Shown here: one piece after another, positions 56,182 through 64,000 of the stretch | How the letters are laid out: every line of letters starts with the position of its first letter | Numbering within the stretch: the first letter of the stretch is position 1 | Source of the DNA: a virus | Lineage: Duplodnaviria > Caudoviricetes | Virus record (IMG/VR): IMGVR_UViG_3300007852_000001 | Location: 546-64,545 of that record | Length of the DNA stretch: 64,000 nt | Strand: one strand, 5' to 3' | The notes under the pieces: model-generated | Seen by the model: only the letters and a program-made list of their open reading frames with translations | Databases searched by the model: none | Told to the model about the DNA's origin: nothing | Translations under genes and position numbers: made by a program

Positions 56182-57879
56182 TTACATCATCTCCGCGACT
56201 CGTTCAGCGATGCGGTCTACGTCGCGGTCGCTGAGACTGTCGCTCGTCGGGTCTTCTGCGGCCGTCTGCTGGCCGTTCTCCATACCGCCACCGTTCTGCC
56301 CGACACGCGGGTTGCCGCCCATCTCCTCACCACCGCTCGTCGGGTCTTCACCGCCGAGACTCTCGATAACTTCCGCAGTACCGACCTGCGCGACGTTCAG
56401 CGTCTTTAGCCACTCTTTCTCTTCGTCGGAAAAGTCGTCCGTCCAGTCGATGTTCACGTCCGCCCACTCTTCTTGCAGGATACCACGAGCCTCCTCGGGC
56501 GTTAGGATAAAGTTGTTGATAGCGGCTGAGAGCGTCTGCATGACGCGACTGGCCCGCTCTGCTTGGTCCAGTTCCGACAACTTGAACAACGGCCCCCACT
56601 CAACTTCGAAGTCGAGGTCATAGTCGCTGCTGGCACGGTTGTCAACCAGACTAACGGTGCGGTTGACGAACCGCTGCATGTCACGCGTAAAGTCGTTCTG
56701 ACGCAGGCGCTCGACTTTGTTGAAGTAATTCTTGATGTCAGTTTCAGAACCACTCACTGTGCCGCTCTGCGTGCCGAACAGGACGCTCTTCGTCATCTCC
56801 GACGTAGCACACACTTGGTCGAATATGATGTCAAAGTATTCCTGCGGCTGAAGTTGCCCATCCGTCTGGAAGTCCTGAATTTCATAGCCCGACGGCGTAA
56901 TTAATTCGGACTTCGCATTCATGTTCTGCATGTTCTCGTTCGCCTCTTCCCAGTCGTCGTTGTCCGCGTCTTCGGGAAGTTCGACGTGGTACAACTTGGC
57001 CGCATAGCGGAAGATGGTCTGCATCAGCGACCAGTTGCCCTTCTTCAGCCCGCGGAGAAGGTGGTAGGCGGACACGAGAATCGAATCGCCCTCATAGCGC
57101 CCGAGCGAGTGGTCCTGTAGGTCGCCGTCGACGGCCGTGTTTTCAACGTGGTGGATGAAGCGGTTACGGTGGTAGAATTTCACATCGTCAATCGAGTCTG
57201 CATCGTCAATCCAGTTGGGCGGGCCAATGAGGTAGCCGAGTGGCTCCTTGTACGTCTCACTCGTGGGGTCCGTGTCCATTACAATGCCCGTCGGACGAAT
57301 CTCGTACTCGTCGTACTCAAGTTCCTTTAGTGGGTCGGCCTCGGCGTTGGCGGGGACAACACCGTGACTGCGCTTGAAACGGGCCATGTCGTCCAGCGTC
57401 AACGCCTCTAACTTCTTGACGCCGTTGACCTGCACACTATCGTCCATCGGGTCCTCCCACACGCCGTCGGAACTGTCAGCGAGAACGAAGAAAGATAGCG
57501 CAAAACCGTCACGACGGGCCTTCTTTTTTACACGCTTGTAGTGTTCAACATAATCGTGTTCGTCCAAGAGGTTACTGATGTCACGGTTGCCTTCATGTTT
57601 GACCTCAAACCCGTTCTTAAAGGAGTCGTCCACAGGCTTATCAACAAGCGTCTTAGCCAGCGACGTGCGATAGAGCCATCGCAGGTCGTTCGTGTGCGGG
57701 TCCGCCATCAGGCGTCGAGGGTCAACCTCGTCCGCTCTGTCGCCGCTGTCGGTGCCGACTCCCGCGCTCCGTGCGGCCGTCTCGGTGGAGTATTCGTGTG
57801 CCGCTACCTTACTCGTCTTGCTCTCGAACGACGTTGTGGCGTCGGTCGTCGGTTCGGGAACATCAAATTCATCTGTCAT
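56182..57879 (-). CDS. Portal protein (DUF1073-like)
   Basis: LVDKPVDD, LFGTQSG..SGSETDIKNYF, EWGPLF; follows the terminase. Confidence 0.88.
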   Translation of the reverse strand: MTDEFDVPEPTTDATTSFESKTSKVAAHEYSTETAARSAGVGTDSGDRADEVDPRRLMADPHTNDLRWLYRTSLAKTLVDKPVDDSFKNGFEVKHEGNRDISNLLDEHDYVEHYKRVKKKARRDGFALSFFVLADSSDGVWEDPMDDSVQVNGVKKLEALTLDDMARFKRSHGVVPANAEADPLKELEYDEYEIRPTGIVMDTDPTSETYKEPLGYLIGPPNWIDDADSIDDVKFYHRNRFIHHVENTAVDGDLQDHSLGRYEGDSILVSAYHLLRGLKKGNWSLMQTIFRYAAKLYHVELPEDADNDDWEEANENMQNMNAKSELITPSGYEIQDFQTDGQLQPQEYFDIIFDQVCATSEMTKSVLFGTQSGTVSGSETDIKNYFNKVERLRQNDFTRDMQRFVNRTVSLVDNRASSDYDLDFEVEWGPLFKLSELDQAERASRVMQTLSAAINNFILTPEEARGILQEEWADVNIDWTDDFSDEEKEWLKTLNVAQVGTAEVIESLGGEDPTSGGEEMGGNPRVGQNGGGMENGQQTAAEDPTSDSLSDRDVDRIAERVAEMM

Positions 57880-57885
57880 TATAAG

Positions 57886-59700
57886 TTAGTATCCACTGCG
57901 ATTATGGCCGCCGATTTTCTTGAGCGTCCGACGTGAGCCAAACTTGTTTGCTGCTATCCACATGTATACGAACGCTTGGAAGGCGTCGTCGTTACGGTCG
58001 TTGAGTACCTTCAGTTTCTTCTTCCCGTCGCTCGTTTTCACACGGTCCGTGTACGGGGCCGTGAGGTGGTCAACGAGCTTCTGTCGCGTCCCGTCACGAC
58101 CGTCCGTCAAGTCTTTCTCGGGGATGGAGATACGACCAGCCTTAAAGTCGCTGACCATGTTCTCAATCATGTGCGTGCGGGCGACCGTGCAGTAGGCAGA
58201 ATCATCAAACGAGGAGCCGCTAAACTTTGGCTCGTCTTTATCCTTGATGTTGCCATAGATAATCCCACACACCTCGTCATAGCCATCGTTGTTCCAGATG
58301 GAATTACCGTCTTGGAGGTCCTCACGCTGCTTCGCGCCGTATCCCTCGTCCACTGCCACGCGGTCAGCCTCGAAATCACGCATCACCTGCTCGACCTCCT
58401 CCAACTCGTCCTGCTTGTTGAGGTCCGAGTCGAGGAACTTGATGTCGCGCAGCGTAATCTCGTACTCGTTCTCGTCAATCGGTATTTTCTCACCGACGAC
58501 GATTACGGTGTCAGACGCGTCGGCCCCACTGCCACCGCCCCAGTCTACACCAACGACGACCTCACTGTCTTCGTACACGCGCTTGGACTTAAAGCCTTTG
58601 TCTTTGTTGAAGGCCTCGTCCATATGCTTGTCGGACAGTAGGTCGTTCTCGGGCGTGTAGAACTCGGCCAGCACCTCGTTCTTGAACTTCTTTTCCGTGT
58701 ACTTCTGTTTCTTGAATTCAATCTTCGCGTTGTCGTGCAGCGGCGACTCGTACTGGTCGATGTGCCAGCCAGTGACCGTGTACCCCTGAATCGACTCTGC
58801 GGCCTCTCGCTTGGACTGAATCTCCTGCTCAAGGGCGTTTTGGTCTACGTCTTCGTTGCCCTTCAGCGTCGCAAGCTGCTCGACCTCTTCACGAAGGTCC
58901 TGTCGCTGGTCCTTTAACTCTTGTGGAAGGAATTCATCAGGCTCGTCGTTCACGACCCACTCGTTGGCGTCGCCGTCCCAGTCCTTCTGGTCGGACATCT
59001 CCCACAGGTCGTGGAAGAAAGAATTCGCCATCTTGGGCGTGCCGATGATAAAAATAGTGGGGAAGTAGGGCACGTTCGGGACCGACTGGTCCACGGCCTC
59101 AAGGAACGTCGAGAACATCTCTTCGTCAACGTCCTGAAACTCGTCAATGATGCCGAAGTGGCCGTGCAGTCCACGAAGGGCGTCACCGCTGCCCCACGCC
59201 GACCGCGCCTTCACGTCGGCCGAGACGTGTACTGGGTCGCCGTCGTTGGCCAACTGCCGCTCGAACTTCTGGTGAGAGACGTTGTTCTTCGTCCGCAGTT
59301 GCTCAACACCACTGTTTTTGACCGCACCCTTGAATCGGTCCATAACCTCCGTGAACTGCTCACGACGCGGTGCCGTGATGTCCACTTCAATCATCGGGAA
59401 CTGACTGACGCCCCAGTCAGCAGCCGCAGTGGCTGTCGTTGTTTTCAGACACCCACGGGCGAAGTTAAGCACCACGATGTCGCCCCAGTTTGCGGGCACC
59501 ATCGGCCCGTCCTCGTCGGCGAGGTAGTGGAGGAACTCACCTTCGTTCTCCTCGTCTTTGTCCTCGGCAGGCGGCCCGTCGTCAGTATAGAAGTCGTACT
59601 TCCGTGTCGGGTCGTTAGGATGCTGCCAGAAGTTACGCATGTACAGCCGAATGTCATGCGGCAGCTTTTGCCGTAACTCGGCTGGGATTTCGTCATACAT
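57886..59700 (-). CDS. terL: Terminase large subunit
   Basis: ARGCLKTT, LRG, IIDEFQD, IGTP, GVDWGG, DDAFQA. Confidence 0.9.
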   Translation of the reverse strand: MYDEIPAELRQKLPHDIRLYMRNFWQHPNDPTRKYDFYTDDGPPAEDKDEENEGEFLHYLADEDGPMVPANWGDIVVLNFARGCLKTTTATAAADWGVSQFPMIEVDITAPRREQFTEVMDRFKGAVKNSGVEQLRTKNNVSHQKFERQLANDGDPVHVSADVKARSAWGSGDALRGLHGHFGIIDEFQDVDEEMFSTFLEAVDQSVPNVPYFPTIFIIGTPKMANSFFHDLWEMSDQKDWDGDANEWVVNDEPDEFLPQELKDQRQDLREEVEQLATLKGNEDVDQNALEQEIQSKREAAESIQGYTVTGWHIDQYESPLHDNAKIEFKKQKYTEKKFKNEVLAEFYTPENDLLSDKHMDEAFNKDKGFKSKRVYEDSEVVVGVDWGGGSGADASDTVIVVGEKIPIDENEYEITLRDIKFLDSDLNKQDELEEVEQVMRDFEADRVAVDEGYGAKQREDLQDGNSIWNNDGYDEVCGIIYGNIKDKDEPKFSGSSFDDSAYCTVARTHMIENMVSDFKAGRISIPEKDLTDGRDGTRQKLVDHLTAPYTDRVKTSDGKKKLKVLNDRNDDAFQAFVYMWIAANKFGSRRTLKKIGGHNRSGY

Positions 59701-59702
59701 GC

Positions 59703-60632
59703 TTACTCCGACACCTCGACCTCAACCTCTTTGTCCTCCTGCTCCTGTAGGGCCGCGGAGAAGTCTGTGGCTGCCTCTGTAACGCCGTCAGCGGCGTCAG
59801 AATCGACTTCAGATGGTTTTACGTCCAAGGTGTAGTCGTTCTGCTGGAACGTCACTATGCCGCCGTCATCGTCGTCTAATTGGACGCCACCATTCTGAAG
59901 GTGTTCCTTGATGTCCTTGGTGAGCCGAGAGATAGGAAGGTGGAGGTGATGCTCGACCGACTCCATCTTCGTGTCGGTAATCTTTCCTTCCATGTCGGCC
60001 GACTGTGCAATCTTCTGCTTCTCCATCTTGTCATCAAAGACCACCTCGCGCATGTTGTTCATCTCAACCTCTGCGAGGGCGGCCTGCCACAACTGGTCTG
60101 CCTGAAACGACAGTGTGACGTTCGTGGGGATGGGAAGCTCTACGTCGACGGCCTCCTCCGCAATGAGCGTGCTGTCTTCGGTGCCGATGGTTCGAGTCTC
60201 CTCTTCAATCTCGAATTCGTGCTGGCTCATCTCAAACAGCCCGCCGACCATTTCAATGGCAAACAGAAACTTTGTCGGGTTGAGTTTCTGTGCGAAGTTG
60301 ACGTAATTAACGGCGAAGTGTCCGTGCTTGAACAGTTCTTGTGCTTGTTCCATGAGTGCTTCGTGTGATTTATGTCGTTTACAAAAGTCGGAACCGTCGT
60401 CAACGAACGTGGATTCGGGCATACCCGTGCAGTAGCGCGTTTGCCCGTATCGCTCCTGCGTGTACTTACAGACCGCACCACAGCGGTCGTCTACGGGCGT
60501 ATCGCTCCCACGTAGCGGGTCCAGTTTAAATTCGCCATGTTCGTCCCGCCCATACACGTCACCGTCCTGCTCGAACAGTTCAACACTGTCGGGGATAGTA
60601 TCGGCGACGCGGCTACGTAGGTCAGTTGTCAT
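59703..60632 (-). CDS. Putative terminase small subunit
   Basis: Upstream of terL; CGA..C..CKRH and KHGHFA motifs. Confidence 0.6.
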   Translation of the reverse strand: MTTDLRSRVADTIPDSVELFEQDGDVYGRDEHGEFKLDPLRGSDTPVDDRCGAVCKYTQERYGQTRYCTGMPESTFVDDGSDFCKRHKSHEALMEQAQELFKHGHFAVNYVNFAQKLNPTKFLFAIEMVGGLFEMSQHEFEIEEETRTIGTEDSTLIAEEAVDVELPIPTNVTLSFQADQLWQAALAEVEMNNMREVVFDDKMEKQKIAQSADMEGKITDTKMESVEHHLHLPISRLTKDIKEHLQNGGVQLDDDDGGIVTFQQNDYTLDVKPSEVDSDAADGVTEAATDFSAALQEQEDKEVEVEVSE

Positions 60633-60750
60633 GTGTATGAGTGTAAAGTATCAAAAACGGTGTGGTCGGGGTGGCGGTCGTGCCACACTGGTCCCAAGCA
60701 GGATGACACGTCGCGGAACGAGATGCCTGTGGCAACCGTTCCAACTACAC

Positions 60751-60813
60751 CGTACTGACGGGTTCGCTTTAAAAGCGACTCGCCCGTCATCGACTGACGG
60801 GTTCGCTTTAAAA
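60751..60813 (-). promoter_or_regulatory. Tandem late promoters TTTTAAAGCGAACCCGTCAGT
   Basis: 22-bp direct repeat actgacgggttcgctttaaaag, two copies, upstream of the packaging operon. Confidence 0.75.
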
Positions 60814-60839
60814 GAGGTACTGTTACTGCAACTGAATTT

Positions 60840-61433
60840 TCAGGCCGCCATCGACGGCACTCGTTCGCGGACCATTTCTCGAAGTTTACGCATCCGTCCC
60901 ATGTGGGGCTTGTCGTCGTTCTCATTACTGGTAATGCCGCATTCAACCATGAGCGAGTGGAATTGACTGTCGTCCTCAAGTCGCCAGCCGTCCTCACGTG
61001 CGACCACGTTCAGCACGGCCAGCGCGACCTGTTCAGACGAGTAGTGTCCAAACGTGTTAATAGTGAGGACATCAATGAACAGATGTTTAGCGCGCTCCTT
61101 CTGCGCGTTGGTCATGTCCATATTAGCGGCGTAGGTCGTGATGGCACGCCGCTTCCACTCCTCACGATTCTGCTGCTTCCGCTGTCTACGAGTTTTGTCC
61201 GCACTTCCACCCTCACCGTAGTCCTCACCCTCCTGTCGCCTGAGTGCACGGCGTAGCTCTTTCTTACGCCGCTCGGAGACGTTCAGTGCGTTAATATCAC
61301 TTTCGTAGAACGTCGTACGCGTGTCTGCCCGCTGGTCTTTCGTTTGGTACTCCTCGCTGTCGTATTTGTCTTGAATCTCCGAGCGAGCGCCATTGCCCTC
61401 CTCGGTTGCCAAGTTGTGCGACTCCACTGTCAT
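60840..61433 (-). CDS. TFB-like cyclin-fold protein, candidate late transcription factor
   Basis: LRRALRRQ...AITTYAANMDM..AQKERAKHLF...GHYSSEQVALAVLNVVARE resembles TFB core repeat 1. Confidence 0.55.
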   Translation of the reverse strand: MTVESHNLATEEGNGARSEIQDKYDSEEYQTKDQRADTRTTFYESDINALNVSERRKKELRRALRRQEGEDYGEGGSADKTRRQRKQQNREEWKRRAITTYAANMDMTNAQKERAKHLFIDVLTINTFGHYSSEQVALAVLNVVAREDGWRLEDDSQFHSLMVECGITSNENDDKPHMGRMRKLREMVRERVPSMAA

Positions 61434-61740
61434 TTGCTACACATACACCTACGCCCTACTCGTACTTAAGTGTTATGACTCACAGTAATAACTAAGATTG
61501 CGGAGGTTGCGGACTACCTTGCGTCGTCCACTATCGAACGCATCGCCAGAGCGATGCGGAGGGGCACTTGTTACGTAGACTTTCCCGCCCGCCCACGACC
61601 TCCCGTTTTTGAGGGGGAACATCTACCTAGTGTTCGGTTGGGCGACTGCGAAGCAGTGGCACAGCCTCGGCAGTGTTCGGTTGGGGAGCACGTCGAAACC
61701 CTTTAGTACCCACAGCCCCTAACTACAGTAAGGGGAGATA

Positions 61741-62142
61741 ATGAGCCAGCACATCAGAGTCGGGAATACCTACTACCACCGTGACGAGGACGGAGAGGTC
61801 CTCACGACCCATCACGACGACTCGAACCAGATTTGGTATCGGGGCGTCAAGTCGAAGGACAACGGTGGCGTCATGTCAACGACTGAATGGGTCAAGCAGC
61901 AGTCGTACAGTGACTTCCTTGGGGCCGTGGAGATGCGGGACTACCCCGATGACTGGGAAGACCTTCGTGGGGCCGTCTTGAAACGTGACGACTACGAATG
62001 TCAGTCCTGTCCCAACAACGAGGACAGAAAACTGAACGTCCACCATATCGTGCCGCTCGGCTGTGGCGGCACCAATACACTACGGAACCTCATTACGCTG
62101 TGTAGCCGCTGTCACGGCCGCGTACACGGAGGTGCAATATGA
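61741..62142 (+). CDS. HNH endonuclease
   Basis: VLKRDDYECQSC...LNVHHIVP..GGTN..NLITLCSRCHGRVH. Confidence 0.92.
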   Translation: MSQHIRVGNTYYHRDEDGEVLTTHHDDSNQIWYRGVKSKDNGGVMSTTEWVKQQSYSDFLGAVEMRDYPDDWEDLRGAVLKRDDYECQSCPNNEDRKLNVHHIVPLGCGGTNTLRNLITLCSRCHGRVHGGAI

Positions 62143-62145
62143 AAT

Positions 62146-62268
62146 ATGTACGTGTCCTGTGAGGTCTGTGGTGAGCCAGCCGTCCGCCGATTCATGGGCG
62201 TGGAGTCTTGCTACGCCTGTATGGTGCAGACCTGTGAGATGGACAGGCCTTCGGGCTGTCGCCCTTAG
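62146..62268 (+). CDS. Zinc-finger microprotein, 40 aa
   Basis: MYVSCEVCGEP...SCYAC. Confidence 0.55.
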   Translation: MYVSCEVCGEPAVRRFMGVESCYACMVQTCEMDRPSGCRP

Positions 62269-62674
62269 CGACGCCCGTTAATCGGGTTCTTAGCAGAAAA
62301 ATTTATAAAAATTATTCGAGCGTGCGGCGGGGCGGCGGCATATATGTGTGTTGAATTGCTTGACGAAAGCTTTAAGTTTCTGTAGTTCGTAGTAGGAGGT
62401 ATGAGATGTCATATGACAAAACTTGAAAATGCGCCGCCAGATTTTGACTATAAGTGGATAAATTAAAATAATAATTTTTAATTGGTCTACACGGGTTTGG
62501 ATATATACCAACACGTCTGCCATCCTAATGCACCCCCTACCCCGCCGAAAAATAACCGCCAGTTATCTAATTTCGACGGGGGCGTTTACAGCGAACCGAA
62601 CTTACCGCAGTCAAAACACGCCCATATCGCCCCATCGGCCGCGCCGTCGGTCGAACCGCAGTGATTACACCGCA

Positions 62675-62995
62675 TCATTCCACCATGTATTTATCGCCGT
62701 CAATCGTGAACATAACCACCGTCTCGTCCGTTGCCGCACGAATCCAACGGGCGTTTACTTTTCCGAACGTTTCAAGGTTGACATCGGCGTTTTCATCGGC
62801 GACGACTTCAAGAACGACCACTTTTTCACTCACTAAGTTGCCGTTTCCGTCAAGCCACCCGCCACGACCGTCATACGTCGTGAATCCGCCGTAGTGGTCG
62901 GCCGCACGCTCGCAAAGCACGTCGCCGACCGTTTTGTTCGCCACATCGTCCGTTTCAAACGCATCGGTCGGAACATACAGCTTGAATTCACTCAT
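62675..62995 (-). CDS. Hypothetical early protein
   Basis: YGGFTTYDGRGGWLD.NG.LV.E motif (DUF3574-like). Confidence 0.7.
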   Translation of the reverse strand: MSEFKLYVPTDAFETDDVANKTVGDVLCERAADHYGGFTTYDGRGGWLDGNGNLVSEKVVVLEVVADENADVNLETFGKVNARWIRAATDETVVMFTIDGDKYMVE

Positions 62996-63314
62996 TGTTC
63001 GCCAACACCTCATCGACGACCGACAGAATCGACGCGAGCGCGTCCGTCATCGCCCCAGTTGAGTCGTTGTTCGCCCGTCGGCCGTAGCTGATCCCGTTGG
63101 CGATCTCCATCGCATCTTGCACTGTAATGCGCACTGTGATGCCGCCAAAGGCTGTATACGCCGACTCAAAGGCCGCAGCATAGTCGACTTTTTCGTCCGC
63201 CACGTTCGGCCGTCCTTTGTCGCGGTTCGCCGCTTCCGCCGTCCGCAGTGCCGCCGCCGCCGCTTTGGTTTCCGCGCCGTTCAAGTCGACTGTGACTAAA
63301 GTGTCGTAGTTCAT
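62988..63314 (-). CDS. Hypothetical early protein
   Basis: Ala-rich ORF, coupled to the next gene. Confidence 0.7.
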   Translation of the reverse strand: MNYDTLVTVDLNGAETKAAAAALRTAEAANRDKGRPNVADEKVDYAAAFESAYTAFGGITVRITVQDAMEIANGISYGRRANNDSTGAMTDALASILSVVDEVLANNE

Positions 63315-63901
63315 GGTTTCAAGGTCTCTTACCGTTGTTTATCGTGAGTGAGTCGGATAGGTTTCGGTCTCACGCCGACGAGTAAATTCTTGCGTCTTAC
63401 ATGCTGACATAGGCCTTAGCGGCCGTTCGTGACTATTCCATAGCAACCATTCACGCCCTAACTCATTCGGGACTTACGCGTCTTAGTCGGCCCTTGAGGG
63501 TTGGCGGTTCGCGAGGGTTACGGCCCGCGTGCAGTGTTCGGATGCCCGACGGCCGTTTCAAGGAACTAACCCACTGCAAGGGTCTCCCGTCGGGGGCAAA
63601 CAATCAACCAGTTTTTATCTGGCGACATCCTCCTTTGGGGATGGCATGGTATAAGGCTTTCGCTGGCAGCAAGTTGGTGCTAATCGTACGAATTCGACCG
63701 ACTCACGGCCGAACGGTGGCAAGTAGCAAAACGACCGACTCACGTCCGACGGCGGTCTCACGGCCGAATCACCGCCGTACGGCCGTCGGACCGACTCACG
63801 AACGGCCGTTAGCGGGTTTGTACGGCCGTCGTAGCTGGCGCGCGGTTCGGCCGTGCGCACGACAACCGTGGTCCGCCACCTTTCCGCGCACGTAGGCGCC
63901 G

Positions 63902-64000
63902 ACCGAGTTATTTACTCAGTTACGAGTTGCTGTAGTAACTCAGTTACGTAACCCAGTTACAACCGAGTTACGGAACCGAGTTATTTACTCAGTTACGAGT
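63902..64000. repeat. Short repeat array (AGTTAC units; 26-bp direct repeat), truncated by the window end
   Basis: accgagttatttactcagttacgagt at 63902-63927 and 63975-64000. Confidence 0.85.

Larger units (their letters stand above)
1..64000. mobile_element. Haloarchaeal tailed dsDNA virus (Caudoviricetes, myovirus-type), near-complete and probably circularly permuted genome
   Basis: Terminase, portal, protease, capsid, sheath and baseplate module; PolB; acidic proteome; archaeal BRE-TATA promoters; no host housekeeping genes and no integrase seen. Confidence 0.93.

Noticed and set aside
1-64000. Integrase, reverse transcriptase (DGR or retron) or invertase system
   Set aside because: No tyrosine or serine recombinase motifs and no RT motifs recognised in any ORF

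Overview
The window holds most of the genome of a haloarchaeal tailed virus with a contractile tail (myovirus morphotype), apparently circularly permuted. The assignment rests on acidic proteins, archaeal BRE/TATA promoters with mostly leaderless starts, and a tail sheath and baseplate. It has three blocks. (1) Minus-strand early mini-genes (1-7.5 kb and 62.7-64 kb), each in a repeated terminator/box/promoter cassette, including an HhH-GPD glycosylase-like gene. (2) Plus-strand replication and nucleotide/RNA metabolism genes (7.6-33.2 kb): DinG/XPD helicase, AAA+ helicase-like ATPase, NMP kinase, MazG-like/Nmad1, HD and HAD hydrolases, Rnl2 RNA ligase, PolB, Hjc and a PD-(D/E)XK nuclease. (3) Minus-strand morphogenesis genes (34.7-60.6 kb), preceded by a TFB-like gene and an HNH gene. 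The most striking unexplained signal is a promoter-driven non-coding operon right after the RNA ligase (24.15-24.78 kb): two non-canonical tRNAs (Trp-CCA, Thr-UGU) bracket a ~310-nt highly base-paired RNA that I cannot assign to a known class. Other notable signals are the early gene cassette array, an 84-bp dispersed element with covarying flanking direct repeats, a GTCAGTACGG late-promoter motif, many unannotated Cys-rich microproteins and a -1 frameshift in the tail chaperone. All calls were made by eye from motifs and synteny; no database searches were run.
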